From Candidatus Saccharimonadota bacterium (GTDB lineage Bacteria; Patescibacteriota; Gracilibacteria; UBA1369; 2-02-FULL-48-14), in assembly GCA_016699145.1 (NCBI GenBank), contig CP064962.1:600001-632000 (forward strand): a stretch of 32,000 nt of DNA. Reading direction: 5' to 3'. The notes under the pieces are model-generated. The model was not told where the DNA came from. It ran no database searches and saw only the letters and a list, made by a program, of their open reading frames with translations. The translations under genes and the position numbers were made by a program. Below, one piece after another: positions 22,263 through 31,061 of this stretch (its first letter is position 1; the number at the start of each line of letters is the position of its first letter).

Positions 22263-24557
22263 ATGTACATTGGCCTGGATCTAGAAACCACCGGACTCAA
22301 CCCCAAAAACGACCACATCATTGAAGTCGCCATTCTGCTTTTCGACGACAATAAAATCCTTGAAGAATGGAGCAGTTTGGTCCGTCCACCCATCCCTATT
22401 CCGCCCTTCACCACCCACCTCACCGGCATCGACGACGAAATGGTGAAAGACGCACCGACTTTGCAAGAAATCCTGCCCCTGATCAAAGAAAAAATAGGGG
22501 ATTTGCCCATCATGGGACACTTCATTTTTTTTGATGTCAATTTTCTCAACGAAAAAGGCGCGGGTCTTCCCAATGTGCAATTGGACAGCTGCCAACTGGC
22601 TCAAGTTTTCATGTACAAAGAAGCCAGCTACAGCCTGGAAGTTTTAACCCAAAAATTAGGCATAGAGCAACCCAATGCTCACCGAGCCATCCACGACGTA
22701 AGAGCCAACATTGAGCTCATGTGGAAATTGTGCGGCCACCTGCGGGCCCTTCCTAAAGAGGACAAAACTTTGCTCCGCCCTATTTTAGAAAAAAGCCAGT
22801 GGACTTGGGCTGCCACCCTTTTGCAGGTGCTCGATGAAAAACAGCAAAAATCAGACGAGCTCTTGCCCAGCGGCGGCGGCGAATTCAGCCCCGTGAGTGA
22901 AAAACACACTCATTTAAAAAGCATCGTGGCCGAAATTCAGCCACCCTTCCTTTGCGAAGAAGGCAGTCACACCACTCAAGACCTCATCGACTACGCCTTG
23001 GAACAAAACGAGGAAAGCCTGCTGGTGCTGGCCCACGTTCAAAACCTGCCCGCTCATCCCGATTTAGGCGTGCTCAAACATCCCAACCAATATTTAGACG
23101 AAGAACGCTTGGAGCAATTTGTGCAAAGAACCCCGTTAGACACCGGATCCAGCATGTTGGCCCTCAAAGTCAGCCTCTGGGCAAAATACACCAAAAAAGG
23201 TGAAAAATCAGAAATCCGTCTGGTCAAGGACGAAGCCAGTCTGTGGTATGACATCTGTTGCCAAGAAGAAAGCGCCGAAAAATCCTTTTATAAAAAAGCC
23301 ACCGAAACAGCATTCAGCAAAAAAGTGCGCGTGGTGAGTCATTTGCATTTTCTAAAAGATCGCAGTCGAAAAGATCCTGCACTGCCCCTGCCGCCCAACG
23401 TGATTGTGGCTCAAAGCGAAGAGCTGGTACGCACTCTGGAGCAGGCCTGGCACATCCGTCTGAGTGAAAGCCGTTTTTTAAGCGAGCTCAGCCGCCTGCA
23501 AAAAGAAAATCCCGCTCACAAAGAAATCATCGATTCCCTGGCCGCTCGCGTGTCCATTCTTTTTGGATTCTGCGGCATGTTTTTACAAAAATACGGACTC
23601 CCCGGAGACGCCCGTCACCCTCTGGTGGTGGAAGCCTGGCACCAAAACAGCAGCGAATGGAACAAGATCAAAATGTCTGCCGAAGCCATCGAAGCAGCCA
23701 CTGCAGCCCTGGGGGACGATCTACAAAATGGTCCAAGCCTGGATGAATTCACACGCTACCTCACCTATCTCACCAAAATTCTGCGCACCGCCAGCCCCAT
23801 TTTATGGATGACCTGGAGCGCAGATGAAGAGCCCATCATCCATTCCTTCCCCGAACACCCCTCCACGCTCTTCACCGAAAGGGTATGGAAGGGTATAGAA
23901 AAACTCCATTTATTCTGCCACCACGCAGACCTCAAAGACGACTTCGAGTTCATTAAAAAAGAGCTAGGCCTGCCCGAAACGCTGCAACACCTCAAAGCCA
24001 AAGAGAGCCTGCCATTGCCCATTGAATATCCAAAAACTCAAATGTCCAAGCCCAACGACGTCGCTTATGTCAGCGATGTGGCTCACGAGCTCACCGAGCA
24101 ACTGCTGCCTTTGCAGGGCAATGCTTTCGTTTTGGTGAACGCTCAAACCGCTTCCGAACAACTGTTTTATAAACTCAACGATTTTGCCAAAAAAAACGGG
24201 AAAAAACTCTTCGTGCAATTCATGAGCGGCGGCCTAGGAAAAATCGTAAAAATGGCTGAAAATTCCAATGGGAAAAACATCTTCGTGGGCAATGAAGACC
24301 TCTTCGACATGCTCTTGAACGAAGGTGTGGATCTGCGCTTTCTGGCCCTGTACCGCCTGCCTTTCAGCAGCCCCAGCGATCCCATTCAGTTGGGCCGCGC
24401 CAAAGCTTATGTCGATGCCTATAAAGGCTACACCTTGCCCCACGCCGCCCTACGCTTCCGAGCCATTTTGAATGAATTTTTAGCCAATCAATGGGAAGGA
24501 AAACGCATCCTCATCTTAGACCCCCGCATCCGGGATTACGAAAAGGTGTTCATCTAG
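22263..24557 (+). CDS. DnaQ-type 3'-5' exonuclease fused to a DinG/Rad3-like helicase scaffold with degenerate ATPase motifs
   Basis: 764 aa. DEDDh motifs are present: YIGLDLETTG, GHFIFFDVNFL, HRAIHDVRAN. The remainder aligns by eye to DinG landmarks (LKHPNQYL, VVSHLHFL, LPFSSPSDP, ILILDPRI). I see no GxGKS/T Walker A motif and no DEAH box. Confidence 0.7.
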   Translation: MYIGLDLETTGLNPKNDHIIEVAILLFDDNKILEEWSSLVRPPIPIPPFTTHLTGIDDEMVKDAPTLQEILPLIKEKIGDLPIMGHFIFFDVNFLNEKGAGLPNVQLDSCQLAQVFMYKEASYSLEVLTQKLGIEQPNAHRAIHDVRANIELMWKLCGHLRALPKEDKTLLRPILEKSQWTWAATLLQVLDEKQQKSDELLPSGGGEFSPVSEKHTHLKSIVAEIQPPFLCEEGSHTTQDLIDYALEQNEESLLVLAHVQNLPAHPDLGVLKHPNQYLDEERLEQFVQRTPLDTGSSMLALKVSLWAKYTKKGEKSEIRLVKDEASLWYDICCQEESAEKSFYKKATETAFSKKVRVVSHLHFLKDRSRKDPALPLPPNVIVAQSEELVRTLEQAWHIRLSESRFLSELSRLQKENPAHKEIIDSLAARVSILFGFCGMFLQKYGLPGDARHPLVVEAWHQNSSEWNKIKMSAEAIEAATAALGDDLQNGPSLDEFTRYLTYLTKILRTASPILWMTWSADEEPIIHSFPEHPSTLFTERVWKGIEKLHLFCHHADLKDDFEFIKKELGLPETLQHLKAKESLPLPIEYPKTQMSKPNDVAYVSDVAHELTEQLLPLQGNAFVLVNAQTASEQLFYKLNDFAKKNGKKLFVQFMSGGLGKIVKMAENSNGKNIFVGNEDLFDMLLNEGVDLRFLALYRLPFSSPSDPIQLGRAKAYVDAYKGYTLPHAALRFRAILNEFLANQWEGKRILILDPRIRDYEKVFI

Positions 24558-24610
24558 CTTTGCACTTGCAAAAAAAACCTGTAAAGTACAAACGCTTTCA
24601 CTTTCACGCC

Positions 24611-25900
24611 ATGAAAAAAAACATCTCTCTTGCTCTGCTCAGCTTACTCACCCTCTTGCCTTCCAACGCCTTTGCCGTTGAAGGAGCTTTCAGCGATCTG
24701 GAGGAATCCAGTGATTACTACGTTTCTACTGAAGTGCTGCGACGAGAAGGATTCATTGAAGGCTACAGCGATGGAACCGTACGCATTGAAAGCGAAATGA
24801 ACCGTGCAGAAGTGGCAAAAATGGTGGCCATTTTCCTAGAGCTAGATACAGACTCCGCCACGCCCGGCTGCTTCACAGACCTTGAATCTGGAAGTTGGTA
24901 CGAAGACTACGTGTGTGCTGCGAAAGCCGCAGGCATTTTCAATGGCAATCCCGATGGCACTTTTGCTCCTGGAAGCAACATGAATCATGCGGAACTTTCA
25001 GCCATCGTTTATCGTTTGTTGCAACACTATGAAATCGACCCCATCCTGCCCTCCGATGGAGAAGCTTGGTACAGCGCTTATATGGAAGTGAGCGCCGATT
25101 TGAACCTCATGCCAGATCCCTTAGTGGCTCCAAGTGAAGACATCACCCGTGGAGATCTTTTTGAGGAGTTCTTTAGGTCTTTGGTTGCGGAGGCCGTGAC
25201 GGAGGACGGTGAAGATGAACCCATCTATTACGACCGAGCAGATCGTGATGAGTTCTTAACGGAAGAAGATCACGAAGACCTTGTCGACCAGCCCTTTTTT
25301 GATACAAGAAGCGAAAATACGGTTTTTGAAGGATTAGAAGAAGGCCTCATTTATTGCGGAGGAGTACAACACACCACCACACGACATTATGCCACAGGAG
25401 ATGCCTTCCCCAGCGAAGGCGATGCAGAAACGACCATTGATGCTGATTTTTCCTTCACAGTCGATCGTCAGGATGGGGGTTCTGATACTGAATACTTCTT
25501 CAACTTCTTAAGTTATTCCGTAAGTGCCGATTATTTAGAAGACTCCCAAGACTACACATCCGCTGGAATCAACAGAATACACACCACTGCCACAGTGGAT
25601 CATGAAGCAGCCAGCAACGAAGTAAACGAAGAAATTTACGGCTATGTGGTGCAAAATGGTGATTTATTCATCAATTACACCGTACCCTACGGCGATGGCC
25701 TCATGACAAGCTACGATAGTGCCACCGGCACGGAGCAGACCGTCTACGATCATCCTTGGCCCAATCAAACCATTTATACTGACGCAAACGAATTTTGGTC
25801 CGGCTCAACAGAAGAAACTCGCACAAACGAGAGCCCCTATGCCTTTGATGAAGATGAAACGGTCATCACTTACGAGTGGAGTATTTCCGAATGTAACTGA
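24611..25900 (+). CDS. SLH-domain surface protein with an acidic C-terminal region
   Basis: Signal peptide MKKNISLALLSLLTLLPSNAFA from ATG 24611. Two SLH-like segments: FSDLEESSDYYV...GYSDGTVR and FTDLESGSWYEDYV...GNPDGTFAPG. The track start at 24491 overlaps the upstream gene. Confidence 0.75.
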   Translation: MKKNISLALLSLLTLLPSNAFAVEGAFSDLEESSDYYVSTEVLRREGFIEGYSDGTVRIESEMNRAEVAKMVAIFLELDTDSATPGCFTDLESGSWYEDYVCAAKAAGIFNGNPDGTFAPGSNMNHAELSAIVYRLLQHYEIDPILPSDGEAWYSAYMEVSADLNLMPDPLVAPSEDITRGDLFEEFFRSLVAEAVTEDGEDEPIYYDRADRDEFLTEEDHEDLVDQPFFDTRSENTVFEGLEEGLIYCGGVQHTTTRHYATGDAFPSEGDAETTIDADFSFTVDRQDGGSDTEYFFNFLSYSVSADYLEDSQDYTSAGINRIHTTATVDHEAASNEVNEEIYGYVVQNGDLFINYTVPYGDGLMTSYDSATGTEQTVYDHPWPNQTIYTDANEFWSGSTEETRTNESPYAFDEDETVITYEWSISECN

Positions 25901-26117
25901 ACAAAGAACTGAAGAACCAAATCAAACCGATCACAAAGAACACCCACACCACCGTTTGATCAAAGTGACCCAAACGTCGGGTCCAACCTTCAATTTCCAC
26001 GCCAAAAACATAGTGGAGTAAGAGCTCAAACCCAGAGAGCAGCGTCACAAAAACGCCAATCCCAATCTGTAATTGCCAAGCTTCTTTTTCTTGCTGAGGG
26101 GTCAGAGAGCTTTTCAT
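25866..26117 (-). CDS. Small 2-TM membrane protein
   Basis: 83 aa with two hydrophobic spans. It overlaps the convergent upstream gene's 3' end by 35 nt. Confidence 0.45.
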   Translation of the reverse strand: MKSSLTPQQEKEAWQLQIGIGVFVTLLSGFELLLHYVFGVEIEGWTRRLGHFDQTVVWVFFVIGLIWFFSSLFSYIRKYSTRK

Positions 26118-26156
26118 AGCTACATCTTAAATCGCGCTGCCACATTCAGCAAGGCT

Positions 26157-26690
26157 TCACTGGGCCTGACTTACTTGAGCAAATCGCTTACGAGCATTTT
26201 CACACAGCTCTTGCGCCGAGGAAGCAAATTCACAGTCGGGATATTTGCCTGTTTTTTCATCTGTGTTCTCCCAATTCCATGGCTCCATCTTGTTTTTTGG
26301 GTCCTTCCCATAAGCAATACTACATGTCCTTGAGGAATCATCAACACTCAACTGCGCTAGCGGACTGTCTTGGCCAGGAAAGTTAACGAATACCCTTGTA
26401 ACTGGTTCATCTCCCATCGTAATCGTAGCTGAAACTTCAATCTCCTCAATATAAGGTTCCCAACCTGTAACCGAAAAGTGACAAACAGAAGCTCTTTCCT
26501 CATAATTTTTAATCGTGAGAGCAGCTTGTTTTTCAACAGCTGTCATGAAACGAACCAAACTCATAGCATCCATCTCAAAAGAAGGCCCTGTTGAAGCTCT
26601 TTCAAATAAATTCAGATTTTTGATACCAGCATGTTGTCCCGGCGCACAGGCAGTCAACGCCGCTCCAAGTGCTAAAGGAAGTGATCTCAT
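26157..26690 (-). CDS. Putative lipoprotein
   Basis: From ATG 26690 the sequence reads MRSLPLALGAALTAC (lipobox). I recognise no family. Confidence 0.6.
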   Translation of the reverse strand: MRSLPLALGAALTACAPGQHAGIKNLNLFERASTGPSFEMDAMSLVRFMTAVEKQAALTIKNYEERASVCHFSVTGWEPYIEEIEVSATITMGDEPVTRVFVNFPGQDSPLAQLSVDDSSRTCSIAYGKDPKNKMEPWNWENTDEKTGKYPDCEFASSAQELCENARKRFAQVSQAQ

Positions 26691-26979
26691 AAGTAAAAAT
26701 TTAATTGAACAGCGTCCGAATACCGCATTCTCCCACAAAAAAGTGCAGCTGTACAGCTTTTCTTTAAAAGAAAAGTAAACTGTTGTTTAAAACAAAATGG
26801 CAAAATTCATGACAAAAGGGCCTCCCAGAGGCTAAACTTGGCATTGTACGCAAAATAGCCTTCCCAGTGCTAACCCTCGCAAAAAGACCTGCCCGGTTTC
26901 CCACTTCCTGAATCTTGACTAAAGATTTGCAAAGATACGCTTTATCTTGTACGGTCAGATCTTAATTACAACATATTTC

Positions 26980-27939
26980 ATGGTTTTGGGAGCTGCAGGC
27001 CAAGAAGACCACCCCCATCCAGAAACATCTGCATCTGTAGGAGCTACTGCAGTATTCTTAAATCCAGAGCCAGGGGATGGAGGAAAAAGACACGAAGGAA
27101 AGGGTGTCAAAATTTTCGCACGTGTGGATGGAAAAAACGAGGACCCAAATACATGTGAAGATCGCGTTGGGCTTATTAAAGAAGGAGATCAAATTGCCGC
27201 TTGCGCAGTAGACGGCATTGGAAGCGGTACCGATAAGCCTGCCACGGTAGCCCTGGCAAAAGCACTTGCCAAAAACATCTCAGAGGATCTGCTGGATCCA
27301 AATGCCGAACTCATCGCTACAGCCGATCAATTCAAACAGAGGATAATAAGCGCATTAGAAAGGACGATTGCTGAGGTGAATGGGGAGCATGCAAATGTAG
27401 AGAAATTGGGAGCATGCATTACTGTTCTTTTGGTGGACCTAAAAAAACGCATCTCCTGGATTTTAAGAGTAGGAGACGGATTCAACGGATGGATGACTCC
27501 AGATGGACAGATAGACCCTTTTTTCTGCCGCAAAGCCCTGCTGCCTGAAACAAAAAATGTCTATGAATTACTGCAAGCCAATAGGAACGTAGGTCAGGTC
27601 ATTGAAGAAATCATTAGGAAAGGTAAAGGATCTACCTTAACAGATGCCATCTGTGCCGGGAAAAGAACAGACAGGAATAGGCTGGACATTTTGAAGCCAG
27701 AGACCCTTCATATTCCCGAAGGAGGAGGAACCTTCTTTATAGGCTCAGATGGAATCATGAGCTTTGCATTGAACTTGGGTGAAAATCAAGAGGGGGGAAC
27801 CGAGAAGGTAAATTGGCTTCACGAAGAGGCTCATAAAGCAAAACTTGATGATGTCGCCTCAATAGCCATTACTGTAGGGCCTCTCAGTCGGATGCAAAAA
27901 TTGACAAAGTTTTTCAGCCGGATACTCTTAGGATCGTGA
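26980..27939 (+). CDS. Divergent PP2C/PPM-like protein phosphatase
   Basis: PPM-like motif order: CEDRVG, AVDGIGSGTDKPATVALA, ILRVGDGFNGW, FFIGSDGIM, DDVASIAITV. I prefer the start at ATG 26980 to the TTG at 26947. Confidence 0.55.
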   Translation: MVLGAAGQEDHPHPETSASVGATAVFLNPEPGDGGKRHEGKGVKIFARVDGKNEDPNTCEDRVGLIKEGDQIAACAVDGIGSGTDKPATVALAKALAKNISEDLLDPNAELIATADQFKQRIISALERTIAEVNGEHANVEKLGACITVLLVDLKKRISWILRVGDGFNGWMTPDGQIDPFFCRKALLPETKNVYELLQANRNVGQVIEEIIRKGKGSTLTDAICAGKRTDRNRLDILKPETLHIPEGGGTFFIGSDGIMSFALNLGENQEGGTEKVNWLHEEAHKAKLDDVASIAITVGPLSRMQKLTKFFSRILLGS

Positions 27940-28589
27940 ACTCCACCGACCTACAAATTCTCATTATTACAGGAGGTCTCTTTATCCCGGTGCTAGCCTT
28001 CATCAGCTGGCTTTCTTACCGCCACGGAGACAAAAAACGCCGCATCTGGGAAGAAGCTTTGCAAAAAGATCTACCCGGCTTCAAATTGCAGCATTTTTAC
28101 CGAAAAGCCTTTTGGATCGGGACTTTGCAAAACCACACCGTAATCGTGCATCTTCAATCCAAAACCAGCAAAATCATCAGAATCAAGCTGAAAAGCTCTA
28201 AAAAACTCTACTTGGCCGTAAAACCGAGCGCCTCTTCCAAAGAATTGCGCAACTGGACAGGGTGGGAAAACCCCGAACCCGGTTTTTACCTGCACAGCCT
28301 CCCCCAAGGCCCGAGCAAAGAAGAAAACCTCAGTCATTTCGCACGGCTGCGAAGCGGCACAAAAAGACAGCTGCTTCAGGAGGCAAACGCCTGCGAAAGC
28401 CTCAGCCTTTCTCCCGATTGGACCAACGTATTGATCGGCAAAGAAAAAGCCCTCCAGTTCTACGATGAAAACGAAACCCTGCTCGCCAGCCCCGAACTGA
28501 TGCTGCAACTGCCCCACGGTACCTCCGTTCCCGAAACCGTCGCAAAAATAGCCCCTCTCTTAAAAGAATTGGAGGCGGATCTTACTTAG
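27936..28589 (+). CDS. N-terminally membrane-anchored hypothetical protein, translationally coupled to the PP2C-like gene
   Basis: 217 aa. It overlaps the upstream gene by 4 nt (GTGA). TM segment: LQILIITGGLFIPVLAFISWL. Confidence 0.55.
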   Translation: MNSTDLQILIITGGLFIPVLAFISWLSYRHGDKKRRIWEEALQKDLPGFKLQHFYRKAFWIGTLQNHTVIVHLQSKTSKIIRIKLKSSKKLYLAVKPSASSKELRNWTGWENPEPGFYLHSLPQGPSKEENLSHFARLRSGTKRQLLQEANACESLSLSPDWTNVLIGKEKALQFYDENETLLASPELMLQLPHGTSVPETVAKIAPLLKELEADLT

Positions 28590-29100
28590 CGGCTTTGTCC
28601 AAAGCATCAGAATCCAGAGTGTCATGAAGAGCTCGATCGGTGGATGAGACCTGAGCCGCTATAGGAAAACGTTCGTCAAAAACCTGGGTCCAATATTCCT
28701 GAGGGCTGCCACCCGCTGGCCTCCCTAAGCTAGAATCTGGAAAGTGCATGCTCAATGCCTCTAAGAGAGAAGCAAATGGCCCTCTCCAGAGAGAGGCACT
28801 CTCTGAAGGAATACAAGCCAAAATGTAGTTTGGAAAAGTAAGGGGCTGTCCTTGGAAATCACACTGCACACGGAGAAACGTACTAAGAGTATTGTCATGG
28901 CTAGGTGTCACTCTTGCCAAATCTACAACTAAACCTGCGCTAGGCAACACACTCTGCGGGGTGACCGGCATTGACGCTTCGTTGCTTAACATTCTGATTA
29001 ACCCTGAAATCTGAGCAATGTCAGTTGGGTCTAAAAAGATGCGCTCACGAACCGATGATCCGCCCCCATCCACATCATTTTCAACATCAATGGCCATCAT
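28582..29100 (-). CDS. Hypothetical protein
   Basis: 172-aa ORF that is convergent with 27936-28589 and overlaps it by 8 nt. Confidence 0.45.
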   Translation of the reverse strand: MMAIDVENDVDGGGSSVRERIFLDPTDIAQISGLIRMLSNEASMPVTPQSVLPSAGLVVDLARVTPSHDNTLSTFLRVQCDFQGQPLTFPNYILACIPSESASLWRGPFASLLEALSMHFPDSSLGRPAGGSPQEYWTQVFDERFPIAAQVSSTDRALHDTLDSDALDKAAK

Positions 29101-29217
29101 ATAAACAATTAACTAGTGAACTGATTAAAAAGGTAAAAGCTTCGGCAGTCAAGGGGTTTTGCATTCCCAAGAAGAAAGGCACATGTAAAATGCGGTCAGT
29201 TTAACCCATCCACCCAT

Positions 29218-30405
29218 ATGAAAGGATTCTTTACAAAAGCTTTCTCTGCTGTACTCATCACTTTGATGTGCAGTCAAGTGAGCATGGCCGCCCTCGTTTT
29301 GGGCAGCCGAGACGATTTACTGCAAAGTTCCATCGTCACCAACAACTTCACAGACGTTGAAATTCCCAATCTGGAGGATTATTCCACAGAAGAATACTAC
29401 CAAAACCTGGGAGCCTTGGTGCTTTCCGTCATGTCTTTTGCAACCCAAATTCAAGGTTTGGTGGGCTATGAAGCAGCCGATGGATCCCGTTATTTCAGCC
29501 CCAACAACACCTTAACCCGAGCCGAAGCCGTTAAATTCTTCAACAATTTCCGTGCAGAAGTGGGAAGTGGAGGTATCCCCAACGAAGTCTGCTTCACCGA
29601 TTACAACAATTACAGTGAATCTTGGTGGAAGGATTACGCCTGCTACCTGAAACACGATGGCATCATTTCAGGTTATGCGGATGGAACGTTCCGCCCCAAC
29701 AACACCTTGAACGGAGCTGAAATCGCCAAATTCGTCAGCAACACTTACGGCCTACCTACCGTGAATGAGTCCGCCTACAACCATTGGTACGACGGATACA
29801 TCGAAAACCTGCAAGAGTTCAACATTGCTCCTGAAGGAATAGATCCCACCCACAGCGTGACTCGGGGCGAAATGGCCAGTTACATCTTGCGTGGAGCCGT
29901 AGTGGAGCACTTTGGAAGCACCGAAGCTTTCACTCCTCGCCTGCTCACTCGCTTCTTCGAGGAAATGGGCTCCAGCACCAGCTCTTTGATCTTCTTCACC
30001 CACAACGAAACAGGAAGTTTCTACCCTTACAACTACATCTATCACCCTGAAGATTTTTCAGCAGTCTCTTTCATCAACGATGGTGAGAACGAGTCTCTCA
30101 CGCTCAAAAATCACGGCAGCAGCAGCTTGGATGTGAGCGGTTACTACGTCACTTTCTTGGATGCCAGCGATTCCGGCGACTATGAAGCCACCGATGTCAG
30201 CTTCACCTTCCCAGAAGGCAGCACGGTTGGTGCTGGAGAAAGCGTGACCATCAACGGCATCTTGGGCGGAGAATTTGCCTTCGAAAACCCTGAAGGCCCT
30301 TATGGTGACGGCTTCTTGAACGACCATTTTGGAGATTACCTTTACCTTATCTACAACGCCGACGCTCAACTGATCGACGTGGTGGTCTTCCAGGTGGAGT
30401 CCTAA
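29218..30405 (+). CDS. SLH-domain surface protein with a C-terminal lamin-tail-like (LTD) domain
   Basis: It has a signal peptide. SLH-like segment: FTDYNNYSESWWKDYACYLKHDGIISGYADGTFRPNNTLNGAE. The C-terminus INDGENESLTLKNHGSSSLDVSGYYVTF...FTFPEGSTVGAGESVTI fits the LTD pattern. Confidence 0.7.
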   Translation: MKGFFTKAFSAVLITLMCSQVSMAALVLGSRDDLLQSSIVTNNFTDVEIPNLEDYSTEEYYQNLGALVLSVMSFATQIQGLVGYEAADGSRYFSPNNTLTRAEAVKFFNNFRAEVGSGGIPNEVCFTDYNNYSESWWKDYACYLKHDGIISGYADGTFRPNNTLNGAEIAKFVSNTYGLPTVNESAYNHWYDGYIENLQEFNIAPEGIDPTHSVTRGEMASYILRGAVVEHFGSTEAFTPRLLTRFFEEMGSSTSSLIFFTHNETGSFYPYNYIYHPEDFSAVSFINDGENESLTLKNHGSSSLDVSGYYVTFLDASDSGDYEATDVSFTFPEGSTVGAGESVTINGILGGEFAFENPEGPYGDGFLNDHFGDYLYLIYNADAQLIDVVVFQVES

Positions 30406-30424
30406 GCCCTAGCTTTTCTATACC

Positions 30425-30470
30425 AAAAGCCCGAAGTTCTTGGATTCAAAATCCACCTCCGGGCTTTTTT
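30425..30470 (+). terminator. Rho-independent terminator
   Basis: The outer stem AAAAGCCCG / CGGGCTTTT encloses the inner stem TGGATT-CAA-AATCCA and is followed by a T run. It lies between convergent genes. Confidence 0.7.
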
Positions 30471-30475
30471 AAAGG

Positions 30476-30973
30476 CTATTTTGCAGCTGCAGATCCTGCT
30501 AATGGGGTTGCCTTGCTCACGCTTCCTGAGTTACCCCAGTCGAAATGAAAAGGGATATGTGCATCCAATGCAACAAAATGAACATTTGGATGTGCATCCT
30601 TAACCTCCTTTTGCTGACAGGGAAAATATTTTCCTATATCCATTCCTATCAAAACATTGGGAGCAACTTGCCTCACTACTGGATAGAAGGCCTCAAATTC
30701 AGCAGCAGTAAGATTAAAAAACAACTTGCCCTTTCTCGGGTGAGCTGCTTCTGCTCCACCAAGAACATTCAATAAATCCCTTCGAAATAAGTCCAAAGCA
30801 GTAACAATTTTGCCTCCACCTTTTGCAGCCTCAATTTGAGTTTCGTAGGTAGAAGTATTGATTGATTGAATACCGCCAGGCGGTAGAGCCAACATCTTCC
30901 TACGATCCGTCACAAAAATACGAAGCATATCTTCTGTTCCCGCCAAACCTGTTTTTACTTCTGATAAAGCCAT
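30476..30973 (-). CDS. Hypothetical protein
   Basis: 165-aa ORF. I recognise no family. Confidence 0.45.
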   Translation of the reverse strand: MALSEVKTGLAGTEDMLRIFVTDRRKMLALPPGGIQSINTSTYETQIEAAKGGGKIVTALDLFRRDLLNVLGGAEAAHPRKGKLFFNLTAAEFEAFYPVVRQVAPNVLIGMDIGKYFPCQQKEVKDAHPNVHFVALDAHIPFHFDWGNSGSVSKATPLAGSAAAK

Positions 30974-31061
30974 ACGTATCTTAAGAAAACGTCCCTATTA
31001 TACAGAATAATGAAATATTGTAAAGATGTGTCAAGGCGAATTGTGCTGCACACCTGAAAAA

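Noticed and set aside
20389-24443. Antisense ORFs within carA, the SLH gene and the exonuclease-DinG gene (for example 20608-20967, 21721-22146, 22250-22604, 23964-24443)
   Set aside because: They overlap strongly supported genes on the opposite strand, and I recognise no family in them.
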